This document shows positions 20,946 through 34,676 of a stretch of DNA of 64,000 nt, piece after piece. Both the position numbers and the translations under genes were made by a program. The stretch spans positions 299,318-363,317 of the IMG/VR virus record IMGVR_UViG_3300028886_000029; one strand, given 5' to 3'. Below the pieces are notes generated by a model, which had not been told where the DNA came from, searched no databases, and worked only from the letters and a program-made list of their open reading frames with translations. The stretch's first letter is position 1; the number at the start of each line of letters is the position of its first letter. Source of the stretch: a virus. Lineage: Duplodnaviria > Heunggongvirae > Uroviricota > Caudoviricetes.

Positions 20946-23335
20946 ATTGTATGGTGTACATTATGGCACGGAATGTGCAAGTAATGTAGATGTATATTTT
21001 GTTTAACTAAAATAGTTGATATTATGGCAAAGTTAAGAGGAATAACCAATTCTATGATGAGTGATGTCAAAGCCGATATTCACAAATATGAGATGGCGAC
21101 AACAAGTGATACAAAATACACTGACGCATATAAACTAATGAAAACTTATCCCGAAATAAGATACTGCAATTATTGGTCGGATGAAAGTATGGCGAAAGGT
21201 AATGGCATGATGGATTATAGCATCACAATGGAAGATGCCATAAACGGAAAGGAAATTGAGGACAATGAGGTTCATATTAATCAAACCAACAAAGACAAGA
21301 TTAAGATGTGCGGTACATCTTATGAAGTTGGTAGTGTAAACAAAGTTGTTTATAATAAGAAAGAAAGATATATTAGGATATATTATTATAACAAGTATAG
21401 GAAAAGAGGGGATATTGATTACCTATGTTGTTGGGGACAATATGACATGATTGGCGGTAAAATGAGTGATAGGATGAAAGCGGTTAATGATAAGAATTTT
21501 TCTGATGCCGTTGACTATCTTTTGTCTTGTTTGGCATAGTCCTTGCAAGTAATGTAAATGTATTGTTTAACTTTATTTGTTTTGTTATGGAAAAGAAAGA
21601 AATGATTACAAAGTTGTACGAAGGTCTTAATGAGATTGAAGGTTTGTTCAGTTTCTTCCACGTCAAGACCTTCACCATCACTGTTGATAGCAGTAAATAT
21701 GATGTGATGGAAATGTACGTTGATGTTGATGACGATGTGTGCGTGTCGTGTATCGGTTATCATTCGTTTAGGGTGTATCATTTTAAACTTAATGAGTTGA
21801 AAACAAATACAGTGAAAAAAATTTTTGAAATGTTTTCAGATGAGGCAAAACGCGGTGCGTATTTTGCAATAAGTGAGATTGTCAATAAACTTGAAAAAGC
21901 GGGGGTGTAATTATGAATACTGATATTGTTGTTTGGGGAACGATGGCTAATGACATTGACAACTTTGAGTTTGTCAAGGTGGATAATGTTGGGTTGATAA
22001 GAACCTATACTTTCAATTACGGCAGATACATTGTTGAGGTTGATGTCTTTAAAAAGAACAATCACATGACTTGCTATCTATGGTTCAATGGAAAAATAGT
22101 TTGTTCTTGTTTTTGTGATGTCGCTAAAAGATTGGGGACACTTTTGTTAAAAAAATATTGGAAAGAGCTTAAGAACGGCACGAATCTTGTTATATAGTGT
22201 AAGTGTTATTAACTTTAATTTTTTTGTGTTATGAAAGTTTATGTTGTTATAAAGTCTATGTTTAATGACATTAATGGTAGGTTGAGCATTGTTAAGGGTA
22301 TATATACCACAGAGGATAGTGGCAGACTTGCGATGCTTGAAATGTTTGACAAGGATAAAGCCGAATATCGAAAAACATATAACGACAATGATGGTATCGT
22401 AGAAGAGGTTGGTGACACACGATGTAGGATTTATATAGAGTGTGACTATGATGAGATTTGGTACGATATGTGTGAGGTGGAAACTGACAAGGAGATAGAG
22501 ATTATTTGTTAGTTTGGCATAGACCTTGCATATAATGTAAATGTAATATTTAAAAATTGTTTAACTTTAAAAAATAGTTGTTATGGAAAAGAAAGTTAAA
22601 AATGACATTGTTTGGTTTGACACTGAATGGTGTGATAGAGCTGATGAGACGATTCAACCCGTTTCAGTGAATGGCACACTGCTTTATGTGTTATTTGACA
22701 GACGTGGATATAATTATGTATTCTTAACAATATACAAATTGCATTTGTTTTTCAGTGGGATAGATAACACTTATATGTTCACTTGTGACAATGAGGAAGA
22801 ACTGAACAAATTTCTTTCTGAATTGTAAGAGAACGGCATAGTCTTTGTTTATAAGATAGTTGTATAACTTTTAATTTTATTTGTTATGAGAACTTATTTT
22901 ATCAATTACCTTTATCCCCAAACGATTGGGAGTTTCATTGTAAAAGCCGAAGATGGCATTAAGGCAAGTGAAAAGATTAGTTCATATCTTAAAAGCAAGG
23001 GAGTTGATTTGAGTAATTCCAACTCCACAGTCTGTGAGATAAAAGACGGAAAAATAGAGTTCATTTAGATAGTTTGGCATTGTTCTTGCAAGTAATGTAG
23101 ATGTTAGTTTAACTTTAAATTGTTTTTAGTTATGAAGAAGTTTTTTCAGATTAGTCTTTATTTTGACGATGGCACAAACATTGGTTGGAATTGTCCTTCG
23201 GAACTTAACGATGAGTGTGTCTTTGAAACTTACGATGATGCCGTTGAATGGCTACGCGATAACGGCTACGATGAGGAAACCGCTGACATCACTGAATGTC
23301 TCTTTGATGAGGATGAGATAAAGGATTTGACAATC

Positions 23336-23491
23336 ATGTAATATAAAGGGTGTGTGACATGGTAAAGATTAGAGATAAGCCTTAATAATATATAGATATT
23401 TGATATTATTTGTATGTAATATAAAGGGTGTGTGACATGGTAAAGATTAGAGATAAGCCTTAATAATATATAGATATTTGATATTATTTGT
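23336..23491. repeat. Perfect 78-bp tandem duplication
   Basis: ATGTAATATAAAGGGTGTGTGACATGG...GATATTATTTGT at 23336 and 23414. Confidence 0.95.
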
Positions 23492-23723
23492 ATTGTTTAA
23501 TTCATATAAAACGATAGGAAGCCCAAGCAATCGGCAGTTAATAGGCTAAACAATGGAATGGTTACAAAACTGCAAAGTTACTCATAGGTAACACAAAGGA
23601 CATTAAGGAAATTAAAAAACCTTATATAACCAATAGGTTCGGTCAGCCTTGGTGATAGTCTTGTGACTTGGAAATTTTTATTAAGGGTTTTATTTAGAAC
23701 TAGAACATATCAAAAATCTTTAT

Positions 23724-23760
23724 AAATGACGGATGTTGTGAAATATCTGTCATTTTTTTT
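23724..23760 (+). terminator. Intrinsic terminator (identical to 20911)
   Basis: Same 32-nt hairpin followed by a T tract. Confidence 0.8.
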
Positions 23761-24754
23761 TTATATATGGTACTCATTTGAGTACCTAATGGCACGATAG
23801 TTGTTATATAATAAATTGTGTAATTTTAAAAACAAATTGTTATGGAGAAGATAACCGATTTTAGTTACAATGATGTTGTTCTTTATGCAAAAGGTTGGTA
23901 TAAAAGGACTGACAATGTATTCAATGACATAAAGGAATGTCTTAAGGAAGATAATGTGTATAACACTTGGGATAATATGTCCCCAAGAGACATTTGTGGT
24001 CATATGCTAAGATGCCTTGATAAGATATATGGTTATCTTGATGATAATGACAAAAAGAATGGTAGATGGCTTTGCAGTCATGCCGCCTTTCTTGACACGA
24101 TAGAACACAAGATGAAATTTTATGGAAACACTTATGAGGAAGCGATTGTATATACAGTTCTTTCAATCCTGCAAGGATTGAGTATTGATGAGATTGAATT
24201 GAAAGCTCCGAAATATGGTAAGGGTCGTAGAAGAATGGGTGGAATGTTTAGTAATTATCCTATTTCTATGACATATAAAGAAATGAATAAAATTGCACAA
24301 TTAACATTTAATAAAAAATAGTTTGGCATAGAATGTGCAAGTAATGTAAGTGTATATTGTTTAACATTTAAAAATTGTTTATTATGAAAAATAGTATTGA
24401 ACTTTTACCCAAGGCGATTGAGTTTAACGATGGGAGATATTATGAACTAAGGATATATGTCACGGCATGGTTTAAACTTTGCTTAGCATATTGTAATCCT
24501 TTTCGTAGAAGCAGTGGGTGTTTGTCAGATGACGACAACATCTTAACGGTTGTTGTTGAGGGTGACAACAAGATTGAGAAGAAAATGACAAATGACTATA
24601 CAGTGATTTTCGATGCGTCTGATGTTGAGGATGCCGTTGATATTACATTAAGGAGAATAACCGCCTTACAAAATATTTGTGGTGATAATGTTAAGTTAAA
24701 ATATTAGTTTGGTCTTATCTTTGTAAATATAGAAATTGTTAAAATAGAAGTGTT

Positions 24755-25153
24755 ATGATTTCAGAAGATTATGTCACCTACGAGACCGCAAAACTCTTAA
24801 AGGAGAAAGGGTTTGATGAAGCTACTATTGGTTACTATAATACCCTATGTGAAATACCCGAAAGGATAAAATTTTTCGATTCTCCAATTTTTATATACGG
24901 CAGTGATGGACTTATCGGATGTATTCAGGCCCCAACCCTTCAGATGACGATGAAGTGGTTGAGGGAAGTACACGGTATTGATATTGAAGTGCGAACTCAT
25001 TATTTGAATTATCTAAAACCAAACGATATTCGTTATTATAGCGGAAAAATCTTAAAAGGTAGTGAGGACGTAATACACACTATATACTCAAAAGATACCT
25101 ATGAGCAAGTCGCTGAAGCAGGTATTCGTTACTGTCTTGAAAATTTAATTTAG
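24755..25153 (+). CDS. EDYVSFE-family phage protein
   Basis: MISEDYVTYETAKLLKEKGF...APTLQM..KWLRE...YCLENLI. Confidence 0.85.
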   Translation: MISEDYVTYETAKLLKEKGFDEATIGYYNTLCEIPERIKFFDSPIFIYGSDGLIGCIQAPTLQMTMKWLREVHGIDIEVRTHYLNYLKPNDIRYYSGKILKGSEDVIHTIYSKDTYEQVAEAGIRYCLENLI

Positions 25154-26949
25154 ATAATGACAAGGTTTGGCATTATTCTTGCAAATAATGTAAGTGTATT
25201 GTTTAATTTAAAAATTGTTTGTTATGCAAAAGAAAAATGTTAACATTAATGTGAGTGAGAGAGTTGTTAGTATTGCCAATATGATTAATGATAATAACAA
25301 TCCTGCGGTAAACCAAATTGTCATTGAATTGGAAAATCGTGGAAAACTTTTTGTAAGTTATAGCTCACTTATTTGTTATAAAAAAGGTGATATTGTTTAT
25401 TTATCATCAAAATGGAATTTTAGTCAAACCACACGAAAGCATCTTTATATGTTTATGAGGGACGAACTTGGTTGGCAGAATATTAAAAAGAAAAAAGATG
25501 TTGAACAACTGATTAAAGAAAGTAATGTTCTTATTTTGGTAAATCAAATTGTTTTTTAAAGAATATCCAAATAGTTTGGCATAGAATGTGCAAGTAATGT
25601 GAATGTATTAAAATTAATTAATTATGACTGGAAAAGATGTAATAAAATATATTCAAGAAAATAATCTTGAGGACGCAAAAGTAACGGTTACTGCTACAAT
25701 GTATTATCATGGTGACCATGATTGTCGTACAACTGATGAGGTGTCAATATCACAAGAAAGCGAAAGAATGAAAGTTGAGTGTGAGGGAAAAAGGCCCAAA
25801 TACATAACTGTTCCTACGATTGATTTCTATGTTGATTCTTATCTTTATTAAATTATGACAAGAGAAGAAGCAAAAAACATCATTTGGAACAAATTTCTTG
25901 AAAAGGCATTTTGTTCAAAATTATATGCCTAAGAATCCCATTGTTTTGGGTGATGGTAGTATTGTCACTATGATATATAGTACAATAAGAGGTATGTATG
26001 ATAACTATGTTGTTTCTGATTATGATGGTGTTTTAAACGATGAGCTTGTGTCTTTGTTTGTCGTATTTAAGGAAACCAACGCGAACGGATTTTCAAAATT
26101 TAGACAGTTAAAAAACATGAAAACTGAAGATATAATCACTATTGCCGAAAGGATGATGGCATAGTCTTTGCAAGTAATGTAGATGTATTGTTTAAAAATT
26201 GTTTAACTTTAAAAATTATTTTGTTATGGAAATGAATATGTTTTGGAATGAAATGCAAAAGCTTCATGCTAAGATTAAGAGCTACATTTGTGAGTTTTTC
26301 AGTGAAAACAATTTAGAGAGTATTAATATGTTGCCTTATGTGAGTAATGGCTACATTGATTCGTTTACATTTTTTGATGTTGATAACGATGGTTGTTATG
26401 GTGTCGCTTTAAATGTTGATAGCATTGAATATAACAAAGACAAAAACGAAATTAAAGCGGTATTGTCTGATTATGAGGGTGTACATGAAGTAACACGTTC
26501 TTTTATAGATTTCAATACCCAAGAACTGCTTTATTTGGCTGATATGTTGTCAATGATTAAGACCGCACACGAAACTAAAAACACACCCTATCTTGCTATT
26601 GGTGAAGAATTTGATTTTGATGAACTCCTTTTTCAATGATTATGAGTAGTTTGGTATAGACCTTGCAAGTAATGTGAATGTATTATTTAACTTTTAATTT
26701 GTTTTAGTTATGGCAACCATACTCAACGATTGGGAAAAGCTCCTTCAATATGCAAATGAAGATTTGGAGAAACACGGATATTTGCTTCTTATTAGTGAAG
26801 ATGAGGGTTGTTACTCATGTATAATATGGCACAATGGTAAGCAAATAGCCGTTTATGCTGAAAACTATTTTGAGGACGAACTTACTGATTTGATTACTGA
26901 TGCTTGGCATCATGTTATAGGTACTTATATAGTATAAGTATATAAAGAT

Positions 26950-27123
26950 ATGAAAACAATAACAAAGGAACAGTGGTATAAGATGCTTGCCGTTAATTGT
27001 AATCGAAGCAAGCATAGGTTTAGGACAAACAACTATGGCATAACATTTTGTGTTATTTGTGGCTTGTTATCCAATAAGGGGGCAGATGTTCTAAATGAGG
27101 AAGAAAAGATTAAAGTGGTTTAG
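26950..27123 (+). CDS. Small Cys/His protein (not in ORF track)
   Basis: MKTITKEQWYKMLAVNCNRSKHRFRTNNYGITFCVICGLL...; 57 aa. Confidence 0.6.
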   Translation: MKTITKEQWYKMLAVNCNRSKHRFRTNNYGITFCVICGLLSNKGADVLNEEEKIKVV

Positions 27124-30100
27124 TCATGTACAAGTTTTTTTATACTCTAACATTTGATGATGGCACGATAATTGACGATAGTTGTTATTGTGAGAGTGAG
27201 AAAGAACTGTTAAATATGTTGGCATATCTATATCCAACGGCATTTGTTGAAGTTTTTTAGGATTTCTTTCACTATGGCACGGAATGTGCAAGTAATGTAA
27301 GTGTAATTTTAAAAACTAATTGTTATGACAAAGATTTTACTTAACGATGAGACTGATTGGTACACCGCATTTGATACAAGGACATTTGCACTGAACACCT
27401 CAACATTTTTGTTTGAGAACACTTCATGGACAGAGGGATTGTTCGCTTTCATTTATGATGATAAGGACACAATGTTTGATGAGAGTGATGTTTCAATAGT
27501 TGTTAGGGAAAAGAAACCGATGTTTCTTCTTTATAACACAAGAAACGAATTAATTGGTTATGTCAATTAGTTTGGCACGGAATGTGTAAGTAATGTAGAT
27601 GTATTGTTTAACTTAAAAGATGTTTGTTATGAAAGTCAAATTTTTTGAGGATTTCACAAAGAATGACCTTTGGGCATTGAGAAATGAGATTAGTTTAGGT
27701 AGTCTTTTTGTTTATGACTATGAGAATAGTTTTAACCTTGACCCTCATACAGTGTCCGATTTCTTCGATAGTTACGTTGACTATCTTGATAACGAATGTG
27801 GCGGCATTGACAATGATAGCATTGACAATCTTTTTGATTGGTTCTGCTGCTATGACGATTTGTCTTTCATGAGGTATGACCTTGAAGAATTGGTTGACGA
27901 ACTGAATGGGGTGACGGAGGAACAACATTGGATTGAGGATGGCAGGTACTTTGTTTGCTACGATACCGACAACATGGACAATATTGATGAGATTAGTGAA
28001 AAAGAACTAATCAATAAGATAAATAGAAAACTTGTTGACTATTAATATTATTGAATATATATTAGATAATAACAAAATATCTAATATATATTCAATAATT
28101 ATGGGTTTAACAAAAGAACAATGGGTAATGAAAAGGATTAAAGAGCTTACCGACATTGTTAATAAAAAAGGCAAGGAGATTAAAAAGGAAATCAGATATT
28201 ATTGTGGCAAAGAACCGCTGATTATCAAAGATATTTGTTGTGATGGAATCGCTTTGGTAAAAGATGAACTTGTTTTCGCTGACAACAGTAAGCACGGATT
28301 TACCATAAGGAAAAAAGCAAACGAAGTGGAAAGGAAATATTTGGAAGAAGTTTTGTCTGATTTGAAATAGTTTGGCATAGTCCTTGCAAGTATTATAAGT
28401 GTTTGGTTTTTATGTTTAATTGTTTTATTTTTAACTCGTTTTTTGGTATGGAAGACAAACTTTACAATTTTATTCAAGACATTATTGACAATCTGTCAGA
28501 CGATGATTTGAGAAATCTGCATCAAGATTATTGTGAATGTAATAATTATACCGATGACATGATTTTTTCAATGTGTGATTTCAATGACTTGAATAACAAC
28601 AAAACACCTCTTGAAATTGCTGAATTGGTGTGTGGTAATGATTTCAATCCTAATCATGATTGGTTCAAGTACACTATCTATGGTGTTGAGTCTTCTGACA
28701 ATGTTTCGGATTTGATTTACATCAGTGACTTGGTTAATTGGGTTGAGATTGACCCCTATAGGATTAGGAAATATCTTGATTATGATGAGGAGGAGGAACT
28801 TGACGAACTTCTTGGTCTGAATGACGATGAGGATTGGGAAGAAGATGAGGATGAAGACGACAATGATGAATAATAAGGTACTCATTTGAGTACTTTTATC
28901 AGCAAAATTCACAATTTATAAATCGCAAATTTTATATGGAAAAGATTATGATTGATAGCCTTAATAGGACTTATGTTGAGACATTGGTTATGCCTTTCAT
29001 TAGTGACGAAAACGATAGAGCCAAAATGGTCAGTCATATTATAGAGCATGTTGGCGCAGACGCTAACTTGGATGAGTATAACAAGTACATGGGTGAACTT
29101 ATTTTCAAGGGTGTAGATGCAGAGTATTACATTTAGTTTCTGCGGACAGAAATACACGCATGAGTTTTTCTTCGGTACCAAACCGATAAATTGGTTTGGA
29201 ATAAAGGACACGAATGGCAAATGGCACGATTGTTGTTACAATATGGAATTGGATTGTATATTCATATTTGGACAAGATAGTGATTATTTAGAAGAAACAA
29301 GTGTATGTATTGCGTAAAAAGATTTTACATTAAAAACGACATTGACCATCAGTATCAAGAGTTTTATAATAACATTGTCAGTATGGTTATTGGTTTGTTT
29401 ACTATAAAAGAAAATTGTTATAAGATTAAAGTAGTTAAAATTAAAAGTGTTTAGTTATGGGCAGTTATCAAGGTGATATGTTCGTCAAAAATTTGTTTTG
29501 GGATTTGTTTGAGGAAACAAGTAAACCTCATATTCTCAAATACGATTTTTATAACCTCAACGGTGACGACAAATATGAGATTGCGAAAAAGACATTTGAT
29601 GATTGTGTGGAGATAATCAATGAGCAATATCCGCATTTTAGTGAAGACAATCCGATTTGGCAGGAGGAATATAGGGACAACATTGTCTTTGAATTTACCC
29701 AAATGTTGTAAAAATTTTTGATTTTGGCTGACTTTCGGAAAGAACGGCATACTCTTTGTTACATTAGTTAATGTGAATTATAAAAACGAAAAATCATGAA
29801 AGAGTTTAACAAATGGTTTAAGATTAGTTTTTCCTTTAGGGGTACGGACTTTGAACACACAATTCACCTTAATCAAATTGAGGTTGACGAATGTACTTGG
29901 TTCTATTACTTTGACATCAATATCAAAGAGGATACTTATAGAGTTGAGGTGTTCGGCACTTATGATGATAACGGTAATGTGAGGACAACGGGTGATTGTG
30001 TTGTTGACGGTAGAGAGGTTGTGCCCGTATTCGGAATTAACATTCTTGACGACTTTGATGATGTTATTGACATTATAGATGATATTGACATCATAGATGC

Positions 30101-30191
30101 GGATTAATAAATATTTTTTGTTTTTTTAAAATATTTATATAAATTTGCTAAACATTTTAAAAATAATTTTTATTAAAAAAAGAACCGAATT

Positions 30192-30356
30192 ATGAAAAAG
30201 ATAGTATCAAGTATTGTTATTATTATGATGGCTATTGTCATGGTTTCATGTGGAAACAGAACCAAGAAGGTTGATACCGTTAATGAGGTTGCTGATACCA
30301 CAGAGGTTGTGGCTGATAGCACCACAGTGGCGGTTGACAGTACAGTAGTTGAGTAA
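30192..30356 (+). CDS. Small lipoprotein (not in ORF track)
   Basis: MKKIVSSIVIIMMAIVMVS-C-GNRTKK...ADTTEVVADSTTVAVDSTVVE; lipobox plus D(S/T)T/V repeats. Confidence 0.75.
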   Translation: MKKIVSSIVIIMMAIVMVSCGNRTKKVDTVNEVADTTEVVADSTTVAVDSTVVE

Positions 30357-32941
30357 TAACATTTTTTAAGTTAAACAATTTTTTTTTTGTCCATGTCAAT
30401 AGTTTGGCATGGACTTTGTTTTATCTTGGTATGTAATTTAAAATATTTGTGTTATGGATATTGTTAAGACTATTGGTGCGAAAACTTATGGCGGTATGAC
30501 TTCCGTTGATTTCGGTGGTGTTTATCTCAACTCCATTTCATTGCAGTTCCACAACGGTAAAGAATGGATATATGATTATACCATATACGATAGGGACTGT
30601 AATTTTCCTATGGTAATAAGGAAAGAATTCAAATGTTGTGTGGTAAATAATGTTGAAGAACTTCGTGCCGTTGGCAAGAAGATATTGGCAGGTGACACTT
30701 CTTTTCTCAATAGGGACATTGTTGTGAACACGAAAAAAGTTGACAAAGCAAGAATGGTTGAGATAGTCAGAACCAACAAAAACGTGATTATGGCGGAAGA
30801 AAGCGCATATTTTGACAATACTTGGTATGTTGTTGAGGTAAAATAAATAGTTTGGCATGGAATGTGCAAGTAATGTAAGTGTTTTTATTTGTTTAACTTT
30901 TAATTTGTTTTGATTATGTACTACGACAAGGAAAGATTTGACAATGCTTTCAAGAAATTTCTTCATGAGTTTATTTGGTCAACTGAAACTCTTGATGGAT
31001 TCAATGAGTTTGACATAAAGGAATTTAAAAAGAAAATGACCAATGATGAGGACTTCAAACAACGTTTCCGTGAGATGTTCAATGGTATGATTGATGATTA
31101 TGTCAGTGACATTATTGAGAACAAGAGAGAGGTAAGGCGTTTTCATGTTACCAATATTGTATGGGATATGACTGATTCCCAAGGTAATTCCGAAGATGAG
31201 GGTATTTCACTTCCCAATGAAATTGACTTGTATTGCTTTGATGAGGACGAAATCGCTGACACACTTTCAGACGATTATGGCTTTTGTGTGAAAAGTTTTG
31301 TGGTAAACTATTAAAACTAAAATATCATGGCAAGAAATAAGATGCAATTAATTAACAAGATTAAAGGACTTGTTAGGAAAAACACGGATAATAATACCTA
31401 TTACTTCGCAACCAATACGATTGCGGATATGTGGAACAATGAGAAGAAGATACCAACGGTACTTCATTATCTTAAAGTAAAAAACGATGTGCTTTACATT
31501 TGTGTGTCAGATGTGTGGCTTGACCACTCCATTGAGAAATTCAGTGACTTTGACATTGATGAGATTGAGTATGTGTACAATTTGGTTTTAAACAATAAGT
31601 AATATGTTGTCAGATAATTTCAGAAGCAAGGCGACCGACCTTAATGCGGATATTGAGATTGCGATTGCCAAAATCATAAACAAGAAAAACATTAAAGACC
31701 CTTCAATCAAAATTGGTGTTGATGATAACAATAACAGATGTGTCTTGTTCAATGGTTGTCCAATAAGAAAACTACATATCGAAGACAATCTTACAATTCT
31801 TGAGAATTTGGAAAACCAAAACGATGTTTTGGCATAGACCTTGCAAGTAATGTAGATGTATATTTTGTTTAACTAAAAAAATCTGTTTGTTATGAAAAAG
31901 GAAATTATCAACACAACTTATCTTGATTCAAGGTGGTATCTTGACTATAAGTATGAGGACTATGTTAGGGATTGTGAGGACTTGGGCATTGAACCTTGTG
32001 AGGAAAATTCAAATGGTTATTGGGATTACATTTCCGAAGAAACAAATATCAACTATGAGGACTTTTTCGATAACCTTGAATATTCCCCTATCAATAACAC
32101 ACCTTGTATGGTTGTTGGCTCCGTTGGAAGATGGAACGGTGATTTTGAGATTGTTCCTGTCCTTTTCGATAACATTTCAGATGCTATCCACAAATGCCTT
32201 AATGGTGCGGACGATTATGAGATTGTTTTGAAAGACGGTTATATCACCGTTTGTGGCTATCATCATGACGGTTGCAACTCCTTTGAGATTCATATTCTTT
32301 CCAAAAAAGGTATGAAAGAAATTGATAGACCTAAATACAATTATGAGGACTATAATGTAAAACCTTGGTGGTTTAAGAAAATTTATGGTTATCTTTTCTA
32401 ATAATGGCATGGTCTTTGCCATTATTGTCAATGTTATTTTGTTTTAATTTAAAGTTTATGGTTATGACAGAAAAATTTACTCTTTCAAACGGAAAAGAGG
32501 TCAAAGTTAGTGTTCATAGGAACGGCACAAGCAGTGTTATGCTTAATGGTAAACACTATAAGTACAAGGTTATTGTGGAAGTTAACAACATAACCAAATA
32601 CTTTAATTTCCACGACAGTATCGCTAATTATACAAAAGGTGCCTATCCTATTGTCGGTGAGTGTTTGGGATGCGTGCTGATGGATGCTTTCGATTATTAT
32701 GAGAATTCCAATCCCCAAAACTTTGCCAATGAGTTTGGTTACGAAATAGGTACAAGGGAATTTGTAAGAGCCTATAATGGTTGCGAAAAAGCATATTATA
32801 AGATGTTGTCAATGTTTTCATTTGACGAAATGTATGAACTATACAATTTTCTTGCAGAAAAAGGTTATATTTAATGATAATGGCATGGTCTTTGCCATTA
32901 TTGTTAATGTATATTTTTGTTTGGTTTAAAATCATTTTATC

Positions 32942-33565
32942 ATGAAAAAGTTTAATCTTGACATTTGTTTCTTTCCTGGTTTTTACGGAACCATTTATGA
33001 TTGTGTTGATAACGAAACAGCCGCCATTGAAATGGAAATGGAATATCAATCCACTTCTGAAAACCATGGACTTTCATTTGACGATTTTGTCTTTGATTGG
33101 GATGCCTATAAAAAAGCGGTGGCCGAAAACTTTGTGGATGCCTATGCCTTGTACGCAAAGGAAATCCCTTTCATTAAAGCAATTACGTTTGATGAGATTG
33201 AAAGTCCACGGTACTATAACTTTACGACTGACAAAATCTATTGTTGGTTTGAGTTCGCTGACTCATGGAAAGACGACATGAGAAAATTCATGGATGAGAA
33301 CTACGATTGGCTGAAAAATATCATCCATGAGGAACACACCTCAAGAAGCGGCTTCATATCCTTTATGGATAATGACATTGATGATTGGTATAATCGTCTC
33401 TTTGTTGATGAGGAGAGCATCTACATTGAGGACATGATTAAATATATGATTATGTCAAAAAACAATGTGGAACAAATGTTGGATGATATTAATATGACAG
33501 TATATGACAACGTGATTGAGACTGAATTCGTCTCCATCAAAGAAAAAAGCGAAAGTAATGTGTAA
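32942..33565 (+). CDS. Acidic phage hypothetical protein
   Basis: FPGFYGT, SPRYYNFTTD and SRSGFISF; strongly D/E-rich. Confidence 0.8.
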   Translation: MKKFNLDICFFPGFYGTIYDCVDNETAAIEMEMEYQSTSENHGLSFDDFVFDWDAYKKAVAENFVDAYALYAKEIPFIKAITFDEIESPRYYNFTTDKIYCWFEFADSWKDDMRKFMDENYDWLKNIIHEEHTSRSGFISFMDNDIDDWYNRLFVDEESIYIEDMIKYMIMSKNNVEQMLDDINMTVYDNVIETEFVSIKEKSESNV

Positions 33566-34433
33566 TATATTATAAGTTACAGCCATTAAAACAATTTAAC
33601 ATGTAATATATTATATATAGTACTCATTTGAGTACCTTACGGCATGGTTATTGTATTATAGTGTAAGACTTAAAATTTTTATTATGGATAAGGAAACCGC
33701 ACAAAAAGTTTGTGATGAACTGAACACCTCAATTTGGAGGGAAACCATCAACAAGGCCATCTATAACAAGTTGGGCGTAAAAGTTGAAATGGCCGCTAAG
33801 TTGTCTCACGGAAGAACCCAAGACTATGTTGTTCTTGAGGATACTTTCGGTAAGGATGTATCTGATAAAATGATGGGTAATAAACTTCTTAGACACCTTT
33901 TCGAAAAAGCCTATATTGAAATTGAAGTGTGGAACTTTGACGACTCTTATGGATTTCCTGTCAATGTATACTATAACCATCATGATGGTGGAAGCAATGG
34001 ACATCAACTACTGCTTTTCTATATCATGAAGCACAATAGAAAAATCATCTATCGTTGAAATCTTTTTTGTCTTTTCCTATTATTTTAGTATATTTGTAAA
34101 AAAAACACGTAATATGATTAAGTTTAATGATTTCGCAAAAGTAATAGACAAAATCTGCACACTTGACGACACAGCCGCTAAACTTGCGGATATTGGTATT
34201 GATATCTATAACACCCCTTTCTATGAGTGTGCCACCTCTCTTGCTGAGGATTTCTTTAACTGCCATTTTAACGCTGATGGCGTTGACCTTATCTATTGGT
34301 GGCTTTATGAGGATGTTGAGAAACTTATCTATGATGAGCACCATAATATCGTTGATAATCTCACAAATATAGAAGACCTTTTTGATTATCTTACTGACCC
34401 TGACAATAATTACTTGCTTTAAAACTCTATATT

Positions 34434-34676
34434 ATGTTTAAAAACAGAACAATCGAAGACAATGGATGCCTTACGGCTATTATCTATGCCCTCATAACAA
34501 TCGTGGTTGTTATCGCATTGTCAGTCCTCTTCTCCCTACCAATTAAATGGCTATGGAACTGGCTTATGCCAACCATCTTTAACCTCCCAACCATTACTTG
34601 GCTTCAGGCTCTTGGACTCTCTGTCTTGTCAGGCTTCCTCATTAGAAGTGTTAATACCTCTAATAACAATAAATAG
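34434..34676 (+). CDS. Small membrane protein
   Basis: Hydrophobic segments; WLWNWLMP..F.LP.IT..QA.GL. Confidence 0.75.
   Translation: MFKNRTIEDNGCLTAIIYALITIVVVIALSVLFSLPIKWLWNWLMPTIFNLPTITWLQALGLSVLSGFLIRSVNTSNNNK

Noticed and set aside
25854-26164. Programmed frameshift joining MTREEAKNII... to the 25898 ORF
   Set aside because: No clear slippery site or stimulatory structure; more likely a simple indel or sequencing error
15179-33660. Repeated intergenic cassette read as a CRISPR array or integron attC sites
   Set aside because: The spacers are whole genes of 200-600 bp, the repeats are degenerate and lack attC-type inverted-repeat structure, and no cas or integrase gene is present in the window
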